Shown: positions 43,544 through 54,251, counted from the first letter of the stretch. The stretch is DNA of 64,000 nt from Minisyncoccota bacterium (GCA_043780835.1 JAYWCB010000005.1:22280-86279), one strand, 5' to 3'. Notes: generated by a model not told the origin, from the sequence alone. Translations and numbers: made by a program.

Positions 43544-46500
43544 ATGTCACTCCAAAAAAAGAAAGACATCATCCCTGCATCGTTTGAAGCCGTCGCAATG
43601 CGACTCGCATCTCCTGAGCGCATGCACGAGTGGTCGTACGGCGAAATCACAAAGCCGGAGACCATCAACTACCGAACCCAGCGACCGGAAAAGAACGGGC
43701 TCTTCGATGAGCGCGTCTTCGGTCCTGAAAAGGATTACGAATGCTACTGTGGTAAATATCGCGGCATTCGTTTCCGAGGCATCGTCTGCGAAAAGTGCGG
43801 CGTGGAAATTACGCGCGCAATCGTGCGTCGTGAACGCATGGGTCACATTGACCTCGCGACACCGGTCGCACACATCTGGTTCCTCCGCGGTATTCCATCA
43901 CGCATTGCGCTTATGCTCGGACTCTCCGCAGCAGAAGTCGAAAAGGTGGTGTACTTTGCCGGTTACATCGTGACCAAGGTAGACGAAGACGTTCGCACGC
44001 AGTTGCTCAAAGATCTTGATCAGGAATTCCAAACCAAGAACAAGGCAGCCGCAAATGCAGACGTAAAAACCGAACTCAAAGAAAAGGCAACCAAGGCCAA
44101 GAAAGAAATCGAATCGATTAAAGAAGGCGTCGTGCTCGACGAAGCTGCGTACCATTTGTTTGCCGTTAAGTACGGTGCGATGTTCCGCGCTGCGATCGGT
44201 GCAGAGGCGCTCTACCAGATTCTCAAACAGATTAATCTCGACGTGCTCATCGTGAAGTTGAAGGAACTCTACGAAAAGGCAGGAGCAGCTGAACGCGACA
44301 AAGTGCGCAAGCGACTTGGTCTTGCAGAAGCACTCCAGCGCGCAGGTGTTCGCCCTGAATGGATGTTTATGACTCGTCTTCCTGTCGTACCACCGGCACT
44401 TCGCCCGATGGTTGCGCTTGAAGGCGGTCGTCACGCATCGTCCGACTTGAACGATCTCTATCGCCGCGTGATCAACCGTAACAACCGCTTGAAGCGATTA
44501 CTCGCAATCCACGCGCCGGAAGTTATTCTCCGAAACGAAAAGCGCATCTTGCAGGAAGCGGTGGACGCACTGCTCGACAACTCCATGCGTCGCGGTGCAG
44601 GCGTGCTCGGCATTCTCGGCGGTCGCCGTCGCGCGCTGAAGTCTCTCGCTGATTACTTGAAAGGTAAGCACGGTTACTTGCGACAAAACTTGCTCGGTAA
44701 ACGCGTTGACTACTCGGGACGCTCCGTCATCGTTGTCGGACCCGACCTTGCACTCGACCAGTGCGGATTGCCGAAGCACATGGTGCTCGAACTTTTCCGA
44801 CCGTTTGTTATTGCAGGATTGCTCGCACGTGAACTCGCGTACAACATCCGTGGTGCAGGCCGTTTGATCGAAGACGAAGCGCCGGAGGTGTGGCCAATTC
44901 TCGAAGAGGCAATCAAAGACAAATACGTATTGCTCAACCGCGCACCAACGCTCCACCGTCAGTCGATCCAGGCATTCCGCCCGGTCTTGATTGAAGGAAA
45001 CGCGATTCAGGTGCACCCACTCGTGTGCCCAGCGTATAACGCAGACTTCGACGGCGACGCGATGGCAGTCCACGTGCCGCTCTCAGAAGCAGCACAGCTC
45101 GAAGCGCGTCTGATGATGTCGGCAAACAAGAATATCTTGAAGCCGGGATCCGGCGACGTTGTCGTTGCGTCCAAGCTCCTCGACATCGTGCTCGGGTGCT
45201 ACTGGATGACAAAGTCTGTTGACGGATTGAAGGGCGAAGGCAAAGCATTCCCGACGACAAATTCCGCAATTACCGCATTCGACTTCGGTGCAATTGATAT
45301 GCGCGCGAAGATCAAGGTACTTCCAAGTGACTCCGCAAAATACACACAGTACGAAGGCAAGGTGTTCGACACCACCGTTGGCCGCTTGCTGTTCAATTCT
45401 GTTCTACCGACGGACTTCCCGTTTATGAACGAAGAAATCACGAACAAGCGCATGGGCGCACTCGTGCACAGTCTTGTCGCGCACTACTCGCTCGACGGTA
45501 TTCCAAAGGTGCTCGACGCGATCAAGAAGTTTGGATTCCGCTACGCAACTCATGCAGGCATCACGTGGTCAATTTCCGACATCGTGGTTCCCGAGGTGAA
45601 GCACGAGATGGTGCGCGCCGGTATGATAGCCGCAGCCAAAGAAATGGATAGTTACAACAATGGCTTGCTCACCGAAACGGAACGACGCCGCTCAACCATC
45701 GATATTTGGGCTAAGACGTCAAACGATTTGCGTAAGCACGTTGTGGAAGCGCTCGACCACATGGGACCGGTGCACGACATGATCACATCCGGCGCCCGAG
45801 GCTCCGTGGTGCAGCTCCACCAAATGGTAGGAATGAAAGGCTTGATCACTAACCCGCGCGGCGAAATCATCGAATTCCCGATTACTTCATCGCTGAAAGA
45901 AGGACTTACTCCGATCGAATACTTTATTTCGACACATGGTGCACGTAAAGGTCTCGCTGATACCGCGCTCAACACCGCGCGCGCAGGGTACCTCACCCGA
46001 CGACTCTTCGATGTTGCGCACGACGTAGTGGTGCTCGAAGCAGATTGCGGTCAGAAGGAGGGCGTGCTCATCCCGCGACCGGGCAAGGAGAATATCGGAG
46101 GCAACTTCGGTGACCGTGCAGCAGGACGCGTGCTTGCAGCAGACGCCATGGACGGCGAGAAGGTGCTCTTCAAACGCAATCACATGATCACCCGCGACGA
46201 AGCGCCGATTATGGAAAGCAGTGGCGTGCAGGAAATTCTGGTCCGCTCACCGATGACGTGCAAAGTCGCACGCGGCGTATGCCAAAAATGCTACGGCGTT
46301 GACCTCACCAACGGCGAACTCATCGACGTGGGCGAGGCAGTCGGCGTGATCGCTGCACAAGCAATTGGCGAACCGGGCACACAGCTCACAATGCGTACAT
46401 TCCACACCGGAGGCGTTGCAACCGCAGGAGGCGACATCACAATGGGTCTGCCCCGCGTTGAAGAAGTCTTCGAATGCCGCATTCCAAAACTGCCTGCTGC

Positions 46501-47260
46501 GATTTCGCGAATCAATGGCGTGGTGACTGATCTCATCAAGGACGGACAAGAAACCGTTATCGTGATCCTCGCCGACACCGTATCCACCGCAAAGACTGCA
46601 AAGGGTGTAAAGAAGGAAACGGAATATCGTATTCATCCACTCCGAACCATTCACGTGAAAGTAGGCGACGCGGTTGTAAAGGGTCAATTCCTGACCGACG
46701 GTTCCGCAGACTTGGAAGAACTCTTCCTTCTCGGGGGCAAAGAAATCGCGCAACAGTACATCATCAACGAAATTACACGCATTTACGAATTGCAGGGCGT
46801 TTCGACCGCGCGCAAGCACCTCGAAATTATCGTCAAGCAAATGTTCTCGCGTGTGCAAGTTGCACAGTCAGGGGACACGGGCGTTTCTGCAGGCGAAATC
46901 ATCACCGATTTCGAACTCAATCGAATCAATGGAGTGCAGAAAGAAGTGGGCGGCGAACCGGCAAAGGCAAAGCCATTGCTCCTCGGTATTACGGAGGTCT
47001 CACTCACACGAGCCTCGTTCCTCTCGGCGATTTCGTTCCAGAACACACCGCGCAAGCTTGCAGAAGCGGCGGTATCCGGATCGATCGATCGCTTGGTTGG
47101 TTTGAAGGAGAATGTGATTATCGGTCGTCTTATTCCGGCAGGAACCGGATTCAAGGGATCGAAAAAGCACGGCTATATCACGGCCATGGAAGCTCAGTTC
47201 AAGGCTATGGAACCGGTGCATATTCCCGAGGCGCCTGTCTCGGAGGTCATGCGACAGTAG
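43544..47260 (+). CDS. rpoC: DNA-directed RNA polymerase beta-prime subunit
   Basis: Zinc-finger CYCGKYRG...CEKCG and the NADFDGD catalytic motif. Confidence 0.95.
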   Translation: MSLQKKKDIIPASFEAVAMRLASPERMHEWSYGEITKPETINYRTQRPEKNGLFDERVFGPEKDYECYCGKYRGIRFRGIVCEKCGVEITRAIVRRERMGHIDLATPVAHIWFLRGIPSRIALMLGLSAAEVEKVVYFAGYIVTKVDEDVRTQLLKDLDQEFQTKNKAAANADVKTELKEKATKAKKEIESIKEGVVLDEAAYHLFAVKYGAMFRAAIGAEALYQILKQINLDVLIVKLKELYEKAGAAERDKVRKRLGLAEALQRAGVRPEWMFMTRLPVVPPALRPMVALEGGRHASSDLNDLYRRVINRNNRLKRLLAIHAPEVILRNEKRILQEAVDALLDNSMRRGAGVLGILGGRRRALKSLADYLKGKHGYLRQNLLGKRVDYSGRSVIVVGPDLALDQCGLPKHMVLELFRPFVIAGLLARELAYNIRGAGRLIEDEAPEVWPILEEAIKDKYVLLNRAPTLHRQSIQAFRPVLIEGNAIQVHPLVCPAYNADFDGDAMAVHVPLSEAAQLEARLMMSANKNILKPGSGDVVVASKLLDIVLGCYWMTKSVDGLKGEGKAFPTTNSAITAFDFGAIDMRAKIKVLPSDSAKYTQYEGKVFDTTVGRLLFNSVLPTDFPFMNEEITNKRMGALVHSLVAHYSLDGIPKVLDAIKKFGFRYATHAGITWSISDIVVPEVKHEMVRAGMIAAAKEMDSYNNGLLTETERRRSTIDIWAKTSNDLRKHVVEALDHMGPVHDMITSGARGSVVQLHQMVGMKGLITNPRGEIIEFPITSSLKEGLTPIEYFISTHGARKGLADTALNTARAGYLTRRLFDVAHDVVVLEADCGQKEGVLIPRPGKENIGGNFGDRAAGRVLAADAMDGEKVLFKRNHMITRDEAPIMESSGVQEILVRSPMTCKVARGVCQKCYGVDLTNGELIDVGEAVGVIAAQAIGEPGTQLTMRTFHTGGVATAGGDITMGLPRVEEVFECRIPKLPAAISRINGVVTDLIKDGQETVIVILADTVSTAKTAKGVKKETEYRIHPLRTIHVKVGDAVVKGQFLTDGSADLEELFLLGGKEIAQQYIINEITRIYELQGVSTARKHLEIIVKQMFSRVQVAQSGDTGVSAGEIITDFELNRINGVQKEVGGEPAKAKPLLLGITEVSLTRASFLSAISFQNTPRKLAEAAVSGSIDRLVGLKENVIIGRLIPAGTGFKGSKKHGYITAMEAQFKAMEPVHIPEAPVSEVMRQ

Positions 47261-47283
47261 GGAGTTATAACCCGAAACAAAAA

Positions 47284-47308
47284 GCCCCTCCGGGGGCTTT
47301 TTGTTTTG
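47284..47308 (+). terminator. Intrinsic terminator gcccc-tccg-ggggc plus T-run
   Basis: Read directly. Confidence 0.6.
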
Positions 47309-47344
47309 AACTATGGTACAAGGTGCGCAGGTGGAGGGTAGCTC

Positions 47345-47848
47345 ATGTCTAAATTGAAGAGTGAATTAGGATCCGCGATAGAGCGTGTGTTTTCGCTTCA
47401 AAAGCGGGGTACCGGCACGGAGATATTCGTTTTGCAGGGATGGAAAAAAAGTCCGCACACGTTCTATCTCGACGACGTGTACGATGTGTATCAGCGTTTG
47501 ACCGATTGGATCCGCAATGAGGAACAATTCGTGCTTTTTGCGGTCGCATCGCGTGCGAACGGGTTTCGTCGTAATTACCTGTTTATGCAAGACGGACATG
47601 AATACTGCGGACTGTTGTTTTCGCGATGGTACGGCAGCTTTATGTTTGTGTTCGGCATCGATGGGCGCCGAACTGCAGAGCTGTATTACATGGGAGTCAG
47701 CTACGCGTCGAATGAGTCGCAAATGGAAGATATAACGGCGTACTGCAGTCGTATGTCTACTGATTTTGCTGCGTTGATTGAGACCGAGTACTTTGATCTG
47801 CGAGACAGCATTGTCGGCAGATTCGGTATTCAAAAGGCGACTCTTTGA
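47345..47848 (+). CDS. Hypothetical protein A (167 aa)
   Basis: SD ggaggg lies 7 nt upstream of the ATG. Confidence 0.5.
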   Translation: MSKLKSELGSAIERVFSLQKRGTGTEIFVLQGWKKSPHTFYLDDVYDVYQRLTDWIRNEEQFVLFAVASRANGFRRNYLFMQDGHEYCGLLFSRWYGSFMFVFGIDGRRTAELYYMGVSYASNESQMEDITAYCSRMSTDFAALIETEYFDLRDSIVGRFGIQKATL

Positions 47849-47922
47849 GTCGCCTTTTTCGTTTTGTGGACATCATGCATTCGTATGATAGAAATTGCCA
47901 AGGCCCACACAAGGAGACACAC

Positions 47923-48327
47923 ATGAGTGACTTGATAGTAGCTCACGCAAGGCCTCGCGTAGATTTCAGTTCGCCATGCTTCCATCGCGAAGCGGTCGCA
48001 TTGCAGCATCGGTACGCAACGATTGGTCGCTCTCTCACGAAGCGCACGCTGCGCTCCGCGCTCAAAACCATCCCCGGGCATCTGGATTGGATAGAGTCAC
48101 CGCTTACTGACGGTTACATGCCATACGGCATCGTCTACTTCAAGACGAAGCGAGCGAAAATCGCGATCGTATTTCCGCAGTGTTTCGATGATTCTGGTGA
48201 AGACGGGACCGAAACCGATCGATCGCTCACGATACATTTTATCGGCGACGTGGTCGTTGATCATATGGTTTCGCTCACGAACTCGCTGTTGTTTGTTCTC
48301 GCGCAGCAGCCGCTCCGGAATCGATAA
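47923..48327 (+). CDS. Hypothetical protein B (134 aa)
   Basis: SD aaggag lies 6 nt upstream of the ATG. Trimmed from the listed ORF. Confidence 0.5.
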   Translation: MSDLIVAHARPRVDFSSPCFHREAVALQHRYATIGRSLTKRTLRSALKTIPGHLDWIESPLTDGYMPYGIVYFKTKRAKIAIVFPQCFDDSGEDGTETDRSLTIHFIGDVVVDHMVSLTNSLLFVLAQQPLRNR

Positions 48328-48477
48328 CCGATTGAAGATTACGAACCGTGCGAGTGTGCGGCGTCAACATAATCAGTTGATCAAAAACATGAGAAAGCTG
48401 GGCGCACCTGCCCAGCTTTTGTTTTGGCAGAGCTGTGCTTTGATTGTGGTAGTGCAACGAGAAACCGGGAGGATGCC

Positions 48478-48753
48478 ATGGTAGGTGCTCAGCTAGCAGT
48501 CATGATGCCCAGTGATCGCGCTCGCGCATGTTCGCTCTACGACAGAATAGAATCTGCGCTTGCAGAATCGAGGGCGTGCGACGATACCGTATGCGAGGCG
48601 CTCAAGAGGGTTCGCGGCGTAATGCACATGGACTTCAAAGAGCTCAGGGTTCTCCGGAGCTTCGTTATCGAAGACGACCTCGATTTCCGGATTTGGCACG
48701 TACGCGTGCGCTATCCTGACGACCGAATCGTCGACATCACACACGAGTCCTGA
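48478..48753 (+). CDS. Hypothetical protein C (91 aa)
   Basis: SD gggagga lies 5 nt upstream of the ATG. Trimmed. Confidence 0.45.
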   Translation: MVGAQLAVMMPSDRARACSLYDRIESALAESRACDDTVCEALKRVRGVMHMDFKELRVLRSFVIEDDLDFRIWHVRVRYPDDRIVDITHES

Positions 48754-48779
48754 GGATTCGTAACCCTAGTCAGCCGGAC

Positions 48780-48808
48780 GAGTTTACTCGCCCGGCTTTT
48801 GACATAAC
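48780..48808 (+). terminator. Hairpin agccggacgag-ttta-ctcgcccggct plus T4
   Basis: Read directly. Confidence 0.5.
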
Positions 48809-48967
48809 TTTCCTCACTTTCGCTTTTGGAATCCGGCCGAGGCATAATGGCCGTACCTATGGCAAGCGACTCCGTACAGCACCACATGAGTATTTCCATT
48901 TTTCTAAGGCGGGGTACCGGCAAGAAAAATTGGTCACAGATCAAAGACCGCAACCTCACAAATTGAT

Positions 48968-50671
48968 ATGGCAAATGACACCGTTCAACAAATTAAAGAT
49001 CGTTTGTCGATTGTCGACGTGGTTTCGCAGTATGTGAAATTGGAACGCGCGGGTGGGAGTCTGCGTGCACGGTGTCCATTCCACGCGGAGCGCACACCGA
49101 GCTTCCACGTATCCCCAGATCGCGGCACGTATCACTGCTTCGGGTGCGGTGTGGGCGGTGATATATTTTCCTTTGTCGAAGCAATCGAGGGATTAGATTT
49201 CAAGGGAGCGCTCAAAGTACTCGCAGAAAAAGCGGGTGTTGAGCTCTCCTACGAAAAACCGGAGCAGCGCGATGCGCGCGATCGATTGTTTGAGCTACTC
49301 GAAGTGGCAACAATTTTCTATTCGTCGCGCTTGAATGATGCTGCGAATGCGTATCTAAAAGATCGCGGCATATCCGAAACAATCGTGTGCTCTTTTCGCG
49401 TAGGGTGGGCGGGGGATTCGTGGAGCGAAGCGTCGGAATATTTTAAAAGCAAAAAGTTTTCGGACAACGAAATTATTGAAGCGGGGCTCGCAAAAAAGAA
49501 TGAGCGCGGTGGACTGAGTGATAAATTTCGAAACCGCATCATGTTTCCTATCGGTGACCCTGCAGGGCGTGTCGTCGGCTTTTCCGGACGCAGCTTCGGC
49601 GAAAAGGCGTCGCCCGAGGCACCGAAATATCTCAACAGTCCGGAAACGCCGCTCTTTCATAAGTCGCGCATTCTGTATGGTTTCGACAAAGCAAAGCAAT
49701 CGATCCGAAAACACAATTTTGCCATCCTCGTAGAAGGTCAGATGGACCTCTTGGCATCGCACGAAGCCGGGTGGGGTAATACGGTGGCTGTGTCGGGTAC
49801 CGCTTTCACTCCTGAACATGTGACATTGGTGATGCGCATGACAGAAAATCTCGTACTCGCGCTCGATGGTGATCAGGCAGGAATCAAAGCCGCGGGGAAG
49901 GCGGCGCGCGCGGCACTCCAAGGGGGAATGAATGTAAAAGTTGCGCAGTTACCGACAGGAAGCGATCCTGCCGAGTTAATATTGAAAGACGGAGTAGAGG
50001 CATGGCGCGCTGCCATTCGAGACAGTAAGGACATCATTACGTTCTTGCTCGATGTGCTCTATGCGCATGCGCCGGAACGAGATAAATTTCGCCGCAATGT
50101 GGAGGCGGTGGTGCTTCCGTTTTTGGCCGACGTGCAAAGTCCGATTGCACGAGAACAATATGTGCGTGAGATCGCACGACGCCTTAATGTGTCAGAGGGT
50201 GCAGTGATGGAAACATTCAGCAATGTGCCGCGAGCACGTGCACCTGAGCAACCGCAGACGGTGATCGCGCCGCAAGAAAGAAATTTTGCTACAGACAAAG
50301 TGCGTCAAGCGTATGCGCTTTTGATCTGGCAGGAGAGTATGCCGGTCTCAGCTATCGATAGCGCTCAGTTTGAAAAAAGTTTACGCGAAGCAATCGGCGA
50401 CGCCGCATTTGAACAGTTGCGTGCAGCGCCATTGAGTGATCAAGAGGCGTTGCGATTTTTAGCAAGCGATATGTTTAAAAACGTGCAAACACTTGAGCAA
50501 GAGGCGCGCGATATGTCGAACAGTTTGTTGAAGGGTCGTTTACACATTGAAATTACGGCGCTTACCGAGGCAATTCGCGATGCAGAAATGCGCCAAGACA
50601 CCGACGCACTCGACAAAGCATTTGAATCGCTAAACGCATTGCGTGCAAGGCTTGCGCAAATTTCCGGGTAG
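48968..50671 (+). CDS. dnaG: DNA primase
   Basis: CHC2 zinc finger CPFHAERTPSFHV...CFGCG and a TOPRIM EGQMD motif. Confidence 0.9.
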   Translation: MANDTVQQIKDRLSIVDVVSQYVKLERAGGSLRARCPFHAERTPSFHVSPDRGTYHCFGCGVGGDIFSFVEAIEGLDFKGALKVLAEKAGVELSYEKPEQRDARDRLFELLEVATIFYSSRLNDAANAYLKDRGISETIVCSFRVGWAGDSWSEASEYFKSKKFSDNEIIEAGLAKKNERGGLSDKFRNRIMFPIGDPAGRVVGFSGRSFGEKASPEAPKYLNSPETPLFHKSRILYGFDKAKQSIRKHNFAILVEGQMDLLASHEAGWGNTVAVSGTAFTPEHVTLVMRMTENLVLALDGDQAGIKAAGKAARAALQGGMNVKVAQLPTGSDPAELILKDGVEAWRAAIRDSKDIITFLLDVLYAHAPERDKFRRNVEAVVLPFLADVQSPIAREQYVREIARRLNVSEGAVMETFSNVPRARAPEQPQTVIAPQERNFATDKVRQAYALLIWQESMPVSAIDSAQFEKSLREAIGDAAFEQLRAAPLSDQEALRFLASDMFKNVQTLEQEARDMSNSLLKGRLHIEITALTEAIRDAEMRQDTDALDKAFESLNALRARLAQISG

Positions 50672-50832
50672 GAGTAAGATATCTCTGTTAGGCACTAGGT
50701 AGGTAAGTACATAAGGCCTAGCCATATTGAAAAGGCAGCTTCCAGAAATTGGGGCTGTTTCGATACGTTTGTATATATAACGAGTGTTCATCCAATTTTC
50801 AGACAAATATTATAAATATAAGAAAAGTTCTC

Positions 50833-52155
50833 ATGGCAAAACAAAAAAAATCAGCCGCGAAAAAAACGAACAGCATTGTGAAAGCGCAGGCGCCTCGTGC
50901 GGCAAGCGTTGCCCGTGCAAAGAAGGCAGTGAAGCGCTCCGTAAAAACGAATCGCACAAGTGCAACATCGCGCGCAGGACGCACCGAAGCAAAACAGCAG
51001 CCCATGCAGAAAATTGAGATCAAGGGCGGTAAGGTAAAAAAACAGGTAATGGCTGGTGCCAAGCCGGGCATGACAAAGGGTAAGTCTGCCGACAAGGTGG
51101 AGGCTCTGATTAAGCTTGGCCGTGAGCGTGGCTACATCACATTCGACGAAATCCTTCGGGAGTTTCCGACCATCGAAGACAACATGACCTTGCTCGAAGA
51201 AATGTACGAGCGATTTGCAACTGCGGGCATCGATGTGCTCGAAGGTGGCGGCATGCTCGAAGACACGTCAGCGGATACCGTACTTGCTTCCAAGAAGCTT
51301 CAAAATCGCCGTTCAGATTCCAACTACGACTCGGTGCAAATGTATTTACGTGAAATCGGTCAGTATCCGCTTCTCAACGGCGAACAGGAAAAGGATCTCG
51401 CAAAGCGCATTTTGACCGGCGACGACGAAGCCCGCTCTATTTTGGCGCGCTCCAACCTTCGATTGGTTGTCTCTATTGCGAAGAAGTATGTAAACCGCAG
51501 TCCTGATTTGACCCTGCTTGATCTCATTCAGGAGGGTAATCTCGGCCTCTTTAAGGCGGTCGACAAATTCGACTACTCGAAGGGATTTAAATTCTCAACC
51601 TATGCCACCTGGTGGATTCGCCAGGCGATCACACGTGCGCTTGCCGACCAAAGTCGTACTATCCGTATTCCGGTGCACATGGTGGAAACCATCGCCAAAT
51701 ACAAGCAGAAGGTGCGCGAGCTCTCGCAGTATTTGGGCCGAGATCCGCTACCGGAGGAAATTGCCGCAGAAATGGGAATCGAAGTCGACAAGATTTACAC
51801 CATTCAGAAGATCAATCAGGACACCGTCTCATTGGAATCGCCGGTTGGAGAAGACGACGACGAGCGCTCAACACTCGGCTCGTTCATCGCCGACGACACG
51901 ATCGCAGCTCCAGATCAGGACGCATCGCGCCGAATCCTCTCAGAGCAGATGATGGGCATCCTCGACGAGCTTTCGCCGAAGGAGCGCAAGATCCTCGAAA
52001 TGCGCAACGGTCTGACCGACGACGGCATCTGCTACACACTCGAAGAGGTGGGCCGAGAGTTCGGCGTCACCCGTGAGCGCATCCGCCAGATCGAGGCCAA
52101 AGCCCTCGAGCGCATCCGCTTCCACGAACGAGCCAAACAATTGCGAAGCTATTAA
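50833..52155 (+). CDS. rpoD: RNA polymerase sigma-70 factor with a Lys/Ala-rich N-terminal extension
   Basis: Regions 1.2-4.2 are present, including [13 protein letters not shown] and [17 protein letters not shown]. Confidence 0.92.
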   Translation: MAKQKKSAAKKTNSIVKAQAPRAASVARAKKAVKRSVKTNRTSATSRAGRTEAKQQPMQKIEIKGGKVKKQVMAGAKPGMTKGKSADKVEALIKLGRERGYITFDEILREFPTIEDNMTLLEEMYERFATAGIDVLEGGGMLEDTSADTVLASKKLQNRRSDSNYDSVQMYLREIGQYPLLNGEQEKDLAKRILTGDDEARSILARSNLRLVVSIAKKYVNRSPDLTLLDLIQEGNLGLFKAVDKFDYSKGFKFSTYATWWIRQAITRALADQSRTIRIPVHMVETIAKYKQKVRELSQYLGRDPLPEEIAAEMGIEVDKIYTIQKINQDTVSLESPVGEDDDERSTLGSFIADDTIAAPDQDASRRILSEQMMGILDELSPKERKILEMRNGLTDDGICYTLEEVGREFGVTRERIRQIEAKALERIRFHERAKQLRSY

Positions 52156-52163
52156 AAGAGAAA

Positions 52164-52190
52164 ACGCCTCGGGAAACCGGGGCGTTTTTA
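52164..52190 (+). terminator. Intrinsic terminator acgcctcgg-gaaa-ccggggcgt plus T4
   Basis: Read directly. Confidence 0.6.
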
Positions 52191-52210
52191 TAGTTGTGCA
52201 ATAACTTTGG

Positions 52211-52543
52211 TTATTTGTTCATTTTTGTTCGCAAAGCAATTGCAGTAAGGAACATGGCCAGCTGTTCGCGTCTTATTTGGCCACTTTCTACCCGCCACTC
52301 TAGAGCATACGGGTAGAGGTCACCCGCCGGGACAACGTGACCCATTTTCCCAAGGTGTTGTTCCGACAGTCGTTGTATTGTTCTCGACGAAGGAAACTTC
52401 GTCTTTCGAGCCACCTCATCGGGAGGCATTTTAAAGTCCCTTCCATAAGGCACTACACGTATTTCCATTACCCTCGTTCGTTTTCTTGTAAACGTCGAGA
52501 GATTGAGTGAAATCGAATTGTGGACTGTTTCAAACTCGTTCAT
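52211..52543 (-). CDS. Hypothetical protein (110 aa)
   Basis: SD ggagg lies 7 nt upstream of the ATG. Trimmed to MNEFETV. Confidence 0.45.
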   Translation of the reverse strand: MNEFETVHNSISLNLSTFTRKRTRVMEIRVVPYGRDFKMPPDEVARKTKFPSSRTIQRLSEQHLGKMGHVVPAGDLYPYALEWRVESGQIRREQLAMFLTAIALRTKMNK

Positions 52544-52663
52544 CTGATAGCCTCCAAATATTGATTTTGCTTCCAATTTAATACTATATCAAGCTCATCT
52601 TGTCAAATCACTCACCTTGCACATGTTTACCGAAACGGCTGGGGTTCGGGCTACAATAGCCGC

Positions 52664-53107
52664 ATGGACGAACAATATATGGAAATGGCGATTGCTCAGG
52701 CTGAGGAGGCTAAGATGGATGGGGAGTGGCCGTTTGGGGCGGCGATTGTACGGGATGGCGAGGTGATTGCGCAGAACCGTTGTCGCGAAGCAAAAGAAAA
52801 GACAGTGCTGGCACATGCAGAACTGCACTCCGTAAACGACGCATGCAAAGCGCTTAGTACAAATAATCTGAGCGACTGTGTAATTTATTGTTCCAACGAA
52901 CCATGCCTTATGTGCGCAGCAGCGATCTTTCAGGCAAAGATTCCACGTGTCGTAATCGGTGCATCACGCAGCGATTTGCCCGAGCTATTACGTGAACGAC
53001 AATTCCGCATTGAACACTTGGCCGAAGATTCCGGATTCAATCCCGAGATTGTCCGTGGTGTTCTCAAAGACAAGGTAATTGCTTTATTTGCCGACATCAA
53101 AAAGTAA
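52664..53107 (+). CDS. tadA: CMP/dCMP-type zinc deaminase, TadA-like tRNA adenosine deaminase
   Basis: The HAE ... PCLMC zinc-binding motifs. Confidence 0.72.
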   Translation: MDEQYMEMAIAQAEEAKMDGEWPFGAAIVRDGEVIAQNRCREAKEKTVLAHAELHSVNDACKALSTNNLSDCVIYCSNEPCLMCAAAIFQAKIPRVVIGASRSDLPELLRERQFRIEHLAEDSGFNPEIVRGVLKDKVIALFADIKK

Positions 53108-53114
53108 AAGAAAA

Positions 53115-53130
53115 AGGACGGTCCTTTTTC
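53115..53130 (+). terminator. Intrinsic terminator ggac-g-gtcc plus T5, directly after tadA
   Basis: aaaaaggacggtcctttttcc. Confidence 0.55.
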
Positions 53131-53147
53131 CAATAGGAAAACAAAAG

Positions 53148-53172
53148 CGGCCGGAAGCAGTGCTTCCGGCCG
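53148..53172. terminator. 12-bp perfect hairpin cggccggaagca/tgcttccggccg, bidirectional
   Basis: Read directly, between convergent genes. Confidence 0.5.
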
Positions 53173-53176
53173 TTGA

Positions 53177-53314
53177 TCATTTTTTCCTGTAGATATACAG
53201 GACCGAGAGCGCGCTCGCGATCGCGAACAGGATTGTGGTGATGCCCGCCGATTTTAGGACTGTGTCGATGTCGGCATTACCGAGCCCGGCGACGTACAGG
53301 TGAATGTTGTGCAT
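53177..53314 (-). CDS. Small C-terminally TM-anchored protein (45 aa), not in the ORF track; follows the 53323-53721 gene by 9 nt
   Basis: MHNIHLYVAGLGNADIDTVLKSAGITTILFAIASALSVLYIYRKK. An AGGA element lies 8 nt upstream. Confidence 0.3.
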   Translation of the reverse strand: MHNIHLYVAGLGNADIDTVLKSAGITTILFAIASALSVLYIYRKK

Positions 53315-53322
53315 CGAGAATC

Positions 53323-53721
53323 CTAATTCGCGCGTGAGCGACGGGTGCTGAAGGTGCGGGTCTTCTTGGTGACTTTCGCATCTATCGTGGTTTCCGTGCC
53401 CGAAGAGGGATGCACAAGGTGGAACTTTGCGACCTTACGCAGCGAGGATTTCGAGTAGAAATCAGTGAGCAAAAATTCGAAACTTCTCACCGTATCCAAG
53501 TCGGAATCTAAGAACGCAACGAAACGCGTGCCCCGATATACGCCGTGCTGCATCCGCCCCTTGCACTCGATCATGCCGTCGCACAGCTCACTTTCAAACA
53601 TCAGCCGCTGGTCGTCGTTGTCGCCGTCGAATTCGAGTGCGGCATCCTGGATCACTAGCATTTGCTCCGGCGTTAATTGCTTGCCCGTCCAATTAATTAC
53701 GATAGCGCTCATCGGCACCAT
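53323..53721 (-). CDS. Hypothetical protein (132 aa)
   Basis: SD gggggaaag lies upstream of the ATG. Trimmed to MVPMSAIV. Confidence 0.45.
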   Translation of the reverse strand: MVPMSAIVINWTGKQLTPEQMLVIQDAALEFDGDNDDQRLMFESELCDGMIECKGRMQHGVYRGTRFVAFLDSDLDTVRSFEFLLTDFYSKSSLRKVAKFHLVHPSSGTETTIDAKVTKKTRTFSTRRSRAN

Positions 53722-53832
53722 GGCTTTCCCCCGTACTTTTATTGACCTGCGGGGCATCCTACGCCTCACTCTTACAAAAGCAAACGACCGGAATCCGCGA
53801 GGGGATTCCGGTCGTGAATGATCTACTCGAAG

Positions 53833-54024
53833 TTATTTACCGGATGCCATATAGCCTGTTTTCACTTCCATTTCTCCGCCGACCACTGCAGGAATCGACG
53901 AACGAGGGTAGCCATAGACTGGTCTGCGACCGGCAGCGAATTCGTCGGTCAACCAGCCTCTGATGAAAAGAGATGCGTGCTGTTTTTCGATTTCTGCGCT
54001 TTTCACGTTCTCAAAGTCAGTCAT
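53833..54024 (-). CDS. Hypothetical small protein (63 aa)
   Basis: SD aaggag lies 7 nt upstream of the ATG. Confidence 0.4.
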   Translation of the reverse strand: MTDFENVKSAEIEKQHASLFIRGWLTDEFAAGRRPVYGYPRSSIPAVVGGEMEVKTGYMASGK

Positions 54025-54038
54025 CAGGTTCTCCTTTT

Positions 54039-54251
54039 TCAAGCGCGCGCGGGCTCGGTCAGCGAAAGAAACCAGGGCATCTTCTTGCGATCAACGCCGC
54101 AGCATAGCAATGCCTCCGTTGCATCGTGAATCATGATTGCGGCGCCGTGTGCAGTTTCAGCTTCAGGCGCGCTCCGGTTATTCCGCTGCAGTCCCACGGC
54201 AATACCGCGAGCTTTCTCGAGATTCTTACGAATTTCCATTGGACCGGTCAT
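54039..54251 (-). CDS. Hypothetical small protein (70 aa)
   Basis: ORF only, with a weak SD. Confidence 0.25.
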   Translation of the reverse strand: MTGPMEIRKNLEKARGIAVGLQRNNRSAPEAETAHGAAIMIHDATEALLCCGVDRKKMPWFLSLTEPARA

